From Beijerinckiaceae bacterium (GTDB lineage Bacteria > Pseudomonadota > Alphaproteobacteria > Rhizobiales > Beijerinckiaceae): a DNA stretch of 59,714 nt. The DNA lies in NCBI GenBank assembly GCA_036758905.1, contig DAIOVR010000002.1:1-59714 (forward strand), in the 5' to 3' direction. This document shows, piece by piece, positions 17,274 to 26,373 of the stretch. The translations under genes and the position numbers were made by a program. The notes under the pieces are model-generated. The model saw only the letters and a program-made list of their open reading frames with translations. It made no database searches and was not told the origin of the DNA. Every line of letters starts with the position of its first letter. Position 1 is the stretch's first letter.

Positions 17274-17665
17274 TTGTAATAGCTCACGTTGATAGTGGCG
17301 CTTGCAGTCGTTTGAATAAACTGCAACGAAGCCAGATTGCCCGTGTAAGACAAAGCAGAACCCGCCGCGACCAGCATGCCAACAGATGCAGTTGGTGCCA
17401 CACCATCATCGCGCCACCGAACAGATTGTGTTTCAACCACGATAACAGCCAATGTCGCCCCGGTCGGCACGGTCAAAAACGTTGCCCCAGACAATGAGGT
17501 GATTTGCTGATACCCCAATGGCGTTACAAATGCCGTGGACACCGTGCAGCTTGGTTGACTGCCAGGGCATCCAACCGTTGAAATCTTACTTGGAACAACG
17601 CTTGCCGCAGTTTGGGCAAAAGCCGGTGATACCAAAAGCCAAAAAACGACAATTAACCATTTCAT
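17270..17665 (-). CDS. Tail-fibre-module protein with N-terminal signal peptide
   Basis: MKWLIVVFWLLVSPAFA/QT. ATGA coupling to the tail spike gene. Confidence 0.55.
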   Translation of the reverse strand: MKWLIVVFWLLVSPAFAQTAASVVPSKISTVGCPGSQPSCTVSTAFVTPLGYQQITSLSGATFLTVPTGATLAVIVVETQSVRWRDDGVAPTASVGMLVAAGSALSYTGNLASLQFIQTTASATINVSYYK

Positions 17666-20013
17666 TTTTTGGCCTCCAATTCTTCAAGCCGGGCAGTGAG
17701 TTCACGCACCGCTTGCCACAACACCGGAATTAATTGATCCGGCCTCAAATGATGTGTGCCATCTTCGTCTTGCACATATCCGGCAAAATCTTTGCCCGTG
17801 GCGGCAAACGCATCGCGCACTTCGGTAGCCAAGAAACCCCAATGGGTCCGCTTGCCAGGACGATCCACAAATTTTTTAACTTTGACCTTTTTTGCGATCA
17901 TGCGCGGGACAGGGTGCATTTTTTGCTGCAATTGTCCCGGCTCGCCTTTTTTGCCCGGCACAAATTCCATGACCGGATTGCCATCGGCATCAACCACCGG
18001 CATCAAGTCATAAACGCCAGTTTCCGTTTTAACGATCCGGTCAAACGCAACCGGCTTGCCGTCCACAATTTGAATATCGTGAACAACGCCCTCAGACACT
18101 TCGCTTTCGTGAACAAGTTGATCTTCTTCAACTTCAATTTCATCCCGTCCACCGGCAATCCACTTAAACGTCTTTGGTTCAAGGGATTTAATGATGGGCA
18201 ACACATCCGAAACCGGCTCAATATCGGTTTTTAAACTTGGATCAGATGTTTGAATGGTGCCATTGACAGCCCACACCGCAGACCACCGGCCCGCCGCCGT
18301 GCCGCATGTGTAAGCATTGTCAGATAACCCAGCCAAATGACCGCCAAACACAGCCGCATAACCACCGCCCCCGGTAAATGTGGCGCGTCCATTTAACGTC
18401 AAACCAGCCAGAACGCCCGTGCCGTCAATGTTAATATAAGCACTGGACGTTCCGCCGCTCAAAATGCCCACTTGACCAGACACGCATTGAATATAAGCCG
18501 TCCCCGGATTCATTGTGGAATCTGGAAACGCTTTACCCGCCCCATATGATCCGTTTAAATAAATGCGAGCGGAATCGGCCAAAACAATCGATGCACTGGT
18601 GCCAGGATTATATCGGTGCGCTTGGGTCAAGTCGATTGCCGCGCGATACCCGGACAGACCTTTAAACGAAATGCCCGCGTCCACCGGAAATTTTACAGTA
18701 GACCCGCCAATAACATTGGTTCCGCTGGAATCCATCAGCCAGCCAATCCACGTATTGCCGTAACCAACAGTCGTCGTGGTTCCGCTGTAGAAAGTGGATT
18801 GCGACGTGCTGGACCCGGCTCGCAGCATGCTATGAAACCAACCGATACATGCCACGTCATAAGATGTGGTGCCAGAAAGATTGGTGTAATCAAATTCAAA
18901 CGGGTTTAGATACGTGCCATCTTTGTAAGACGTGGCCCCGCCGTTCATGATTGAAACGGCAGGACACGTTGCAAACCCATAAGTCGCATCGCCGGACGTA
19001 ATTGTGGGCTTGGCCAATGCCGAAATGCCAACATTGACATTCAACGCGGCGCAATCGCCCTTATTGTCCTGATAGACATTTAATTGCATGCCAACGGCGC
19101 TTGTCCGTTGCGTCAACGGATTGCCAAAAACGGTATAATCCGTGCTGCTATTCCAGCCCGAATAGTTCCGCATAAACAAAGCAAAGGGAAAGGTTTGCGG
19201 CATGTAATAAATACCGGTTGAATACCCCCCCAGCGTGTTTAGGCCGGTGACATAATGTTCAATGGAAAAATTCTGGCGCGACCAATCCCCGTTAAAATAT
19301 TTGGTATTATCGGCCAAAGCAAAATTAGTCAGGTCCGGTTGCATTGTGACCATTGAATAAAATTTGCCGCGCTTGGATTGCGAGCCATCCAACGCCAAAG
19401 ACGCAACTTGCCCTTGACCATAGAAATTTGCCGTTAATTTCGGCCAAGTCTGATATGTCGCACCACCCGTCGAGCTTCCGCCATCCGATGACGCGGTTAT
19501 GGTTGTGGTATAAAGCCCAACGGGAACATAAATGCTGCCATTTGTATTGGCGCCAATCGCCGTTGTGACCGCAACCGTATTGTCATACCCATAAGTCGAA
19601 ATACCGCCATAATACGCAAGATTGCGCGGCAAATCCTGATCTTGAATGTTCCGAAATGTCGGAGACGCGGTGACACCCGTGGACGCATTCCCCGGCCCCG
19701 CCAAAAATGTTTGGCTGGACACCGAAATAAACGACGCGCTTAAAGTGCCAAACGTGGTGACGGGCGATCCGGTAATACCAAATAAAGCCGTGGGCAAAAA
19801 TAGGCCAACCGAATTGACCCCAGCCCCAGATACCGCGACCCAGCCCGCGCTTGTCGTGGTTCCCGTGGTGACACATGCATAATAAGCCCGATTGGTCACG
19901 TCATAGCAGAAATCGGGCGGTACACCCCCGGCAACACCTTGCTGCCCGGCAACATGCCCGTTTGGATTCCCGGCATAGACAAAGACATTAGGCGATTGAA
20001 TATTTGAACTCAT
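17662..20013 (-). CDS. Tail spike/fibre with C-terminal S74-type intramolecular chaperone domain
   Basis: C-terminus TSDPSLKTDIEP...RTHWGFLATEVRDAF...LRPDQLIPVLWQAVRELTARLEELE (Peptidase_S74-like). ATG 20013; the track ORF starts at 20073. Confidence 0.8.
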   Translation of the reverse strand: MSSNIQSPNVFVYAGNPNGHVAGQQGVAGGVPPDFCYDVTNRAYYACVTTGTTTSAGWVAVSGAGVNSVGLFLPTALFGITGSPVTTFGTLSASFISVSSQTFLAGPGNASTGVTASPTFRNIQDQDLPRNLAYYGGISTYGYDNTVAVTTAIGANTNGSIYVPVGLYTTTITASSDGGSSTGGATYQTWPKLTANFYGQGQVASLALDGSQSKRGKFYSMVTMQPDLTNFALADNTKYFNGDWSRQNFSIEHYVTGLNTLGGYSTGIYYMPQTFPFALFMRNYSGWNSSTDYTVFGNPLTQRTSAVGMQLNVYQDNKGDCAALNVNVGISALAKPTITSGDATYGFATCPAVSIMNGGATSYKDGTYLNPFEFDYTNLSGTTSYDVACIGWFHSMLRAGSSTSQSTFYSGTTTTVGYGNTWIGWLMDSSGTNVIGGSTVKFPVDAGISFKGLSGYRAAIDLTQAHRYNPGTSASIVLADSARIYLNGSYGAGKAFPDSTMNPGTAYIQCVSGQVGILSGGTSSAYINIDGTGVLAGLTLNGRATFTGGGGYAAVFGGHLAGLSDNAYTCGTAAGRWSAVWAVNGTIQTSDPSLKTDIEPVSDVLPIIKSLEPKTFKWIAGGRDEIEVEEDQLVHESEVSEGVVHDIQIVDGKPVAFDRIVKTETGVYDLMPVVDADGNPVMEFVPGKKGEPGQLQQKMHPVPRMIAKKVKVKKFVDRPGKRTHWGFLATEVRDAFAATGKDFAGYVQDEDGTHHLRPDQLIPVLWQAVRELTARLEELEAKK

Positions 20014-20020
20014 AAACCAC

Positions 20021-20800
20021 CTATTGAACAAACCAATTGCCCGCGCCATCGCATTGCAGCGTTGCACTGGCAAAATTGGATCGAAGGTTAAAAGCGGACG
20101 TGGACCCTAAAATGGTGTCCCCGGAATAAGGCGTCACAGCGATATTGTAGGTTTGAGCCGTGCCAATTTCGTCAGTAACGGTAATTTTGTTCCAGATATA
20201 AGTGGACGTGCATTGGTAAAGATTTTCGGTCTTGTTTGAAGCCGTGGCACTTTTCCAAGCAATCGTGCTTAGAGACGGAATTGCGGTATCCGTTGACCCA
20301 GATGTGATTTGGCGCCCCACATTGGCCGTTGACGTTGTGGTGGACACGGATAGTGAATTAATCTGGCTTTGAAGCTGTTGAGTGATATAGGTTAGGTAAT
20401 CTAACCCGCCCTCAATCGCCTTAAATGTCGGCCCCTGGTTGGAAATCGACACCGTTTGAACCAAAGGAACCACACGCGAAATCGTGATGTAATATCCCGC
20501 CGATAATGGCGATCCGGTTAAGGGATAAGTGACCGTCCCGCCAATGCTTCCAACCCCTGTCAGGGTGTATTGGCTTGGCGTTAATGTGGTCAAAGTGTTG
20601 GGAGTGACATTGGTATTTAATACTGTGATGACCGCATCCCCAGCCGACACCATGGGGAAATTATAGGTGAACGAGGTTGTAACCCCATTTCCTTGCGCCG
20701 TGGTCGAACTTGACGTGGTTGAAACGGTCGAAAATACCGGGTCCGCAATCAGTCCCAGTACAACAAAGACCAGAATTTTAAACACGGCGGACAAGCGCAT
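20021..20800 (-). CDS. Tail fibre adaptor-type protein (conserved fibre N-terminal domain) with hydrophobic N-terminus
   Basis: GNGVTTSFTYNFP...YTLTG...ISRVVPLVQTVSISNQGPTFKAIEGGLDYLTYITQQLQ is typical of podovirus fibre N-domains. N-terminus is MRLSAVFKILVFVVLGLIADPVFS. Confidence 0.65.
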   Translation of the reverse strand: MRLSAVFKILVFVVLGLIADPVFSTVSTTSSSTTAQGNGVTTSFTYNFPMVSAGDAVITVLNTNVTPNTLTTLTPSQYTLTGVGSIGGTVTYPLTGSPLSAGYYITISRVVPLVQTVSISNQGPTFKAIEGGLDYLTYITQQLQSQINSLSVSTTTSTANVGRQITSGSTDTAIPSLSTIAWKSATASNKTENLYQCTSTYIWNKITVTDEIGTAQTYNIAVTPYSGDTILGSTSAFNLRSNFASATLQCDGAGNWFVQ

Positions 20801-20867
20801 TTGCACCTTTTCCGCCAAGGGATGTTATGGCCGACGCATCTTTGCGCTCTTGCCTAAGACTTCTTTA

Positions 20868-20877
20868 ACCCGACGCA
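20868..20877 (-). promoter_or_regulatory. Conserved box TGCGTCGGGT, copy 1 (upstream of tail-fibre operon)
   Basis: Plus strand reads ACCCGACGCA. A degenerate second copy (TGCGTCGGCC) lies at 20829-20838. Confidence 0.5.
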
Positions 20878-20892
20878 GCGGTTAAGGTCTAG

Positions 20893-23800
20893 CTATTCGC
20901 CATTCCTAGCCCGCATTTTATCTTCCATTGCACCTTTGATAATGTCGTTTGGCCCCCCGACACTTTGAGCCGCAATCATATTTGCCGCAGCCGTCCGGCT
21001 GGATGAAATCGTTTTGGTGATGGTTTCCGCCCGGATATTCTTGGGGATTTGCTGCCAGCCCGGATTTTGAACCAAAGCGTTTAATCGCATTTTGGCTAAC
21101 CGGCCCGCCGTCTGGGCATATTGGTCATATTGCTCATCGGTCAAATCCTGCCCTCGGATTGACCGGCGCAATTTCCCAACCCCCAGACCCAAGGCGTTCA
21201 TTTCCTTAACCACCGAATCATTGGCATAACGATCCGCCGTGCCACTTTGCGGGATTGGTTCGCCAAACATATCTCGTTTGGGCAATAGGCCAATTGAGAC
21301 AAACGGCACCTTGGCCTTGGCGGCATCCAATAAGGTCCGCGCTTCGCGTTGATACGGATCGACCGCGTGAGCCACTTGACTCATGCCAACGCTAAACGGC
21401 ATCCAATTGATGACCATCCCTCGAATATAGCTTTCGCCATATTCTTCCGGATGAAACACCGCATTCAGCATGTCAGACAATCCTTTCATAAAGGTTTCAT
21501 CCAACACCGCTTTATTAAACCCTTCAAACGCCGCTTTGGCTAAAACCGTGCCATCTTCACCATCCCAGCCATGCGCGGCTTCGGTCATATTGGCCCCAAA
21601 CCGCATAAGCATGGCAAACGGCCCCAGACGGTCATAGGCCACCGACACATCGCCAATGGTAATGTGATTGGGTTTATTGGCCATCAGCCACACACGGCGC
21701 TCATTGGGATCAGCAGGGCCATCCCCGGTCATCAACCCATTTAAGGTCATCATGACGGATGTACCGATTAAAGCCGTGCCGGTGGCGATTTTGCCAAATT
21801 GCATGTCTTGAGCAGACCCGCCGTTTTGCCCGGACAAATTGCCGCGCACGTCCCTATCCAATAAGCCAATGGGCGAGCGTTCAATAAATGCTTCGCGGGT
21901 TATTTGGGTGCCAATTTTCATAAACGGCACAATGATTTTTGCCGCTAGGTTTGAATTGGCCGCAGCTGTTAATTTCCCTGAAAACGAATTGTAATCCGCA
22001 GGCGCCATGAATAATTCTTTCATGGCATCCGCACTTGCAGCAATCATCATTTCCGGTGTCGGCTTTTGAGTTAATTCCGCAACCCGTCCTTTGAACGCAT
22101 CCCCGGTCAAACCATCATTCATGGCTTCCCGATAGGCCAAAGATTGAATGTTTTGCTCATATCGCAGGGATTTAAAAAACGAGTGAATGGCCGCAACCGA
22201 TTTGGACGGCACATTGATAATTTCGCCAACCTTGCCCGGAATGGCCCGCGTGTTCATATCGGTAAAATGACCAGATACCTTTTCCCCAGGCAATGCAGGG
22301 GAAATGCCGGTTTTAAACGCTTGCGTTGCCGCCATTAAGCCATCGGATGATCCCTTCATCATGCCGTATAATTGCGCGCCCGCCTCACCTAAATAAACTC
22401 GATTTTTGACCTCATAGCCCAAAGCCTCGCGCGCCGCGCCGACCGCAGACGCCACCGGAATTTCGATCAAAGGACGCGCCAAGGCATTTAACGCATTGCC
22501 CACCGAATACCGGGCATGGGTTATCGGCCCCGAAATCAAAGCATTAACGTAATATTCCAATATGGCGTTTTTGATCGACCCACGGGCGGAATCATTAACA
22601 AACTTGGCCACTTGTCCCGGCGTTTGCAGGTTCATCCCAAATTGCGCTTCTTGCCTTAGTTGTTCCGGTGTCCGGCCAATGGTGCTTTGGAAGAATTGCG
22701 CCAACGCTTCGGCATCCGCCGACCCTTCCAGCTTACGGAATGCTCCCAACGCCCGGCCAGCTTCCGCCGTAATCCCCGCCACTTGCTCTTGAATCATCAA
22801 GTGACGTTGCCGCGCTTTGGCATAGGCCATCACATCGGCATCCGATCCATTGGCCGCTTTTGCCATCAAATCACGCACTTCCGTCGCAGATTGAATTAAC
22901 AGCTTTCGAGCCGCAAGGATTTGTTCGGCGTTGAACGCTTCCCCGATCCGGCGCCAATTGAGTTTTGCCGCATTCATGCCCAAAGCATCGGCCAGGTCCA
23001 ATTGTTCCCCGGCAGAAATCACGCCCCGCCGTGCGGCCATGAAATCTTCATTATCCGCCGCCGTTTGACGCAAAACTTCTTTTACATCTTCCGGTGTATT
23101 GAGATTATCTAACCGGATATTCCCGGCCTTATCTACAAGGTCTGATTCATCGGTTGCGAACCGCTCATTGGGTCCGGCTGGGTATTCTGTCTTGCTCCCA
23201 TTAGACCTAGTGCTGCGTCCGCGTGATCCGCTGCTTTCTTGAACATCGACCGCACCTCCTCCGGCAGGTCCTGATTGCCCGCCATCATCCGCGCTCTTGA
23301 TCGGCCCTCTAGCAGATTCTTCCGCCCGGTATTCATTTTCCAAATCCTCCTCGGTGCGCGGATTGTCGTAATCCGGCACGTTATCACCTTCCCAAGCATC
23401 GCCTTTGGCTTCTAAATGAGACTTGGCCCATTCTTCCGCGTGGCGCAATTCGCGCTCAAAATCCGCTTCCTGAGAATGAATTTCCTTTAATTGTTCTTCG
23501 GTTGACATGCGGCTGGCAACTTCATTCCAGAACTCGCTATGCGACATGCCGTCCGCTTTAATGCCCAATTCCCCGGCAATTCGATCCACTTCGGAATTGT
23601 GGTTTAAAGCATCCTGATAGGCTTTAACCTTGTCATAATCAAAATCGGAGAATTGATGGTCCCCGTTTACGTCACGGGTTAGCTTTTCCAAAAATTGATT
23701 AATCGTGGGACGTTCACCGCCCAATTCAGGGAAAAACCCGGCTTCTTCCGCCGCTTGCGCCACCCGGTCAATATCTTTGCCCGTTTTGCGCAGCACCCCG

Positions 23801-26373
23801 CCATTACGCTTGCCACCAAACAATGCCGCAATATCGCCCCGATCATTGCCAATTCCGCCATAAGATCGAACAAAATCGGTTAGCGTCGAAGGGCGCGCAG
23901 GAACCTTGGAATAAAGCTTTTGCTTTGAACTAGGGCCAAATTTTAGGTTTGACTCTTGTGGTGGTCCAATGCCTTCAACCTTAGCTTGACCTCCGCCCGC
24001 GCCGACCGTTCCAGATTTTTGTATAGCGCCATTTGTTCCGGTGTCAGGTCCGGACGCATTGACGCCACTGTCAGCACCTTCACTTCGTGCCGGGCTTTCG
24101 CCAGGTCCGTTTCCAATTCTTCCAGGCTGTAATTCATCCGAAATCTCCGAAGCATGTTCATCAGCTACCGCGTGACGCTCATCACGCACCCTATCGCCAA
24201 CGACCTTTGCTTGGTTCCCCGGCGTGTGTTCCGCATCGCCTTCATGCAGCGTTGCAAAATCAGCCCCCAAAGCACGATCCGGCGCTATTGTAACCTTTTC
24301 CGGGTTGGTTGACAAAAGCCTATCGAACACGTCCCGAATATCGTCATTGATAGGCGATTTCAGCCGGGTCACGGTTTCATAAATCTTGGTCAGCCATTGT
24401 TTAAATTGATCAAACACCCGCGCTAGGGTTTGGCTTGGCGCGCGGCCTTCCATCAAATAACGTTCAAACCCGCGCGCAAACTTTTCATGCGCCCGCGTCG
24501 GTATGGCCTCATCCTCGCTAACCCCAAGCCATTTACGCACCGTTGCAGCATCCGCCTTAATTTGATCCGGTGCAGCCTCATGAACGGCATCGGCCATCAT
24601 TTCTTCTAGAAACTTATGGCCGGTTTCATGGATAAAAGTTGACGCATCGGCGCCCTTGAACAGTTTGATAATTGTCTTATTTTCCCGGAATTGAACAGAA
24701 CCCCGCTTGGCTTGCTCATATTCCTTGGCCGTGATTTCCGGCGCTTGATCCTTTTTTTGCGCCATTTCCCGCACACGTTCGCGCGCGGCTTGGATGACGG
24801 CCCCATCCCGGTTAAACAATTCCAACGGCGATCCCAGCTTGCCGCCCATGCGCGCCGCCCGTGTTTCATACCTTGCCGCGATTAATTGAGCAGCGGCTTC
24901 CGCTTCATCCCTTGGCCGTCCGGCATCTTCCAATTGACGCGCGACCCTAGAGGCAATTTGCGCCTTTTGTTGTTCAATCGGCAATTCTGTTTTGGCCGGT
25001 GTCTCGTCAGGCTTTACACCCTCCGCCGCAGGTTCACCCGGTTTAGTCTCGACCGGCTTGGCCGTTTCAGTGACCGTTTCATTTTTCGGTTGCGCAGTTT
25101 CCGTTTCACCTTGCTCCCGGCCCTGAACGCGCGCCTCATCAACGGCTTGCTCGACTTCCGGTGCGGCTTCTTGCGGCATACGCTCTTGCGCTTCCCGATA
25201 TGCTTTTGTCACATCCGGCGCTAAATCGCGCATTTTATAATCATTTTCTTGCAGCACGCGGCGGATGCGCGCCATGTCCGGCGAATCCAGCTTGGCCGTG
25301 CTTTCAATTTCGTCCAATTGATCCCGCAAATCAGATAACCGGCCCGCTTGACGTTTGGTCAAACGATCTTCGACACCATTAACCTTGGCTAAAATATCGT
25401 CAATTTCGCTATTGATTGATTTTACATCTTCCCGGTTAGCGTGTGCTTCATCGCGCGTTTCCGACAGCTCATTGAGCCATTTGCGATAGGTATCGCGCCG
25501 CGCCACCAAAGCATCGTATTTTTCAAACGTATCGGGATCAATTTGACGCGCAATAGAATGAATATCCGGCTGTGCTTCTTGCGTTGTGGCTTGAACCGGC
25601 GTTGCCTCCGGTGTCGCTTGAGCCTCCGCCCCAGCCGCCCCTTGTTCGGCAAGCTGATCTTCTAACGGTTTGACACTGGATTTTAAATCATCCGCCAATG
25701 CACCATCGGCCAATGGTTCAGGTTCTTTCAGTCCAAAATAAACCGCGTCATCCCCGCCAATGACTTTGTTCTTAATGGCATCATTCCAAAACTTTGCCGG
25801 TGCCGGATGAAACTTTGACCCAAATGGAAAGCCCATGGCTTCCATGTCCATAATGCCCGTTACGTCCCGTCCCAGCTTATTCAAGCCAAACACGCCACCC
25901 GTTGCATTATTGGCTTCTTCACCCGCCTGAACGATACCCGCTTGGACGCCGCTATACCCCGCCGCACCTACTCTTAAAGCTGCATTTGCCGCCATGACCG
26001 CAGGGCGCATGAACGTATCATTAAACCCACCCATGAAACTGGGTTTTTTGGGATCGTTAAACCAACCCAGTTTTTTAAAGAAATCTTCGCTTTCCGGAGA
26101 CAACGCCATTCCTTCCCAGCCGGTTTTTACGCCGCCCACAAAAGCATCAGTAATCCTGCCTTCCGGTGTCCCCTTGAACCATTGATTAAATTGGTCAGAC
26201 GTATTGGCTAAAGGCTGAATAGGCGGCACTTTTGGCAGACGCGCATCAACACCCGGATAAAATGGCCCAGGTTGAGCAGGCGCATGCTGATCCAGCAATG
26301 AATCAACGTCCATTGACTGATTCGGCGCATGCGCATCCAATAAATCATCGACAGATGACGGCTGATCGGTCAT
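20893..26373 (-). CDS. Giant internal virion / ejection protein (gp16-like position; polyvalent-protein-like)
   Basis: 1826 aa, last of the internal-protein series before the fibres. Contains STFIHETGHKF (HExxH at 24616-24630). Confidence 0.65.
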   Translation of the reverse strand: MTDQPSSVDDLLDAHAPNQSMDVDSLLDQHAPAQPGPFYPGVDARLPKVPPIQPLANTSDQFNQWFKGTPEGRITDAFVGGVKTGWEGMALSPESEDFFKKLGWFNDPKKPSFMGGFNDTFMRPAVMAANAALRVGAAGYSGVQAGIVQAGEEANNATGGVFGLNKLGRDVTGIMDMEAMGFPFGSKFHPAPAKFWNDAIKNKVIGGDDAVYFGLKEPEPLADGALADDLKSSVKPLEDQLAEQGAAGAEAQATPEATPVQATTQEAQPDIHSIARQIDPDTFEKYDALVARRDTYRKWLNELSETRDEAHANREDVKSINSEIDDILAKVNGVEDRLTKRQAGRLSDLRDQLDEIESTAKLDSPDMARIRRVLQENDYKMRDLAPDVTKAYREAQERMPQEAAPEVEQAVDEARVQGREQGETETAQPKNETVTETAKPVETKPGEPAAEGVKPDETPAKTELPIEQQKAQIASRVARQLEDAGRPRDEAEAAAQLIAARYETRAARMGGKLGSPLELFNRDGAVIQAARERVREMAQKKDQAPEITAKEYEQAKRGSVQFRENKTIIKLFKGADASTFIHETGHKFLEEMMADAVHEAAPDQIKADAATVRKWLGVSEDEAIPTRAHEKFARGFERYLMEGRAPSQTLARVFDQFKQWLTKIYETVTRLKSPINDDIRDVFDRLLSTNPEKVTIAPDRALGADFATLHEGDAEHTPGNQAKVVGDRVRDERHAVADEHASEISDELQPGRIGNGPGESPARSEGADSGVNASGPDTGTNGAIQKSGTVGAGGGQAKVEGIGPPQESNLKFGPSSKQKLYSKVPARPSTLTDFVRSYGGIGNDRGDIAALFGGKRNGGVLRKTGKDIDRVAQAAEEAGFFPELGGERPTINQFLEKLTRDVNGDHQFSDFDYDKVKAYQDALNHNSEVDRIAGELGIKADGMSHSEFWNEVASRMSTEEQLKEIHSQEADFERELRHAEEWAKSHLEAKGDAWEGDNVPDYDNPRTEEDLENEYRAEESARGPIKSADDGGQSGPAGGGAVDVQESSGSRGRSTRSNGSKTEYPAGPNERFATDESDLVDKAGNIRLDNLNTPEDVKEVLRQTAADNEDFMAARRGVISAGEQLDLADALGMNAAKLNWRRIGEAFNAEQILAARKLLIQSATEVRDLMAKAANGSDADVMAYAKARQRHLMIQEQVAGITAEAGRALGAFRKLEGSADAEALAQFFQSTIGRTPEQLRQEAQFGMNLQTPGQVAKFVNDSARGSIKNAILEYYVNALISGPITHARYSVGNALNALARPLIEIPVASAVGAAREALGYEVKNRVYLGEAGAQLYGMMKGSSDGLMAATQAFKTGISPALPGEKVSGHFTDMNTRAIPGKVGEIINVPSKSVAAIHSFFKSLRYEQNIQSLAYREAMNDGLTGDAFKGRVAELTQKPTPEMMIAASADAMKELFMAPADYNSFSGKLTAAANSNLAAKIIVPFMKIGTQITREAFIERSPIGLLDRDVRGNLSGQNGGSAQDMQFGKIATGTALIGTSVMMTLNGLMTGDGPADPNERRVWLMANKPNHITIGDVSVAYDRLGPFAMLMRFGANMTEAAHGWDGEDGTVLAKAAFEGFNKAVLDETFMKGLSDMLNAVFHPEEYGESYIRGMVINWMPFSVGMSQVAHAVDPYQREARTLLDAAKAKVPFVSIGLLPKRDMFGEPIPQSGTADRYANDSVVKEMNALGLGVGKLRRSIRGQDLTDEQYDQYAQTAGRLAKMRLNALVQNPGWQQIPKNIRAETITKTISSSRTAAANMIAAQSVGGPNDIIKGAMEDKMRARNGE

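Noticed and set aside
17734-18234. Long plus-strand ORFs inside minus-strand virion genes (e.g. 17734..18234, 24886..25224, 27606..28073, 30394..30603, 41793..42290, 42967..43506)
   Set aside because: These are antisense shadow ORFs with Arg/His/Phe/Asn-rich, low-complexity translations. The minus-strand partners have recognisable motifs and operon coupling.
14466-20818. A Gin/Cin-type invertible tail-fibre switch driven by the serine recombinase
   Set aside because: The recombinase gene lies about 5 kb away on the other side of the lysis cassette and lacks its catalytic Ser. I saw no inverted repeats bracketing the fibre gene segments.
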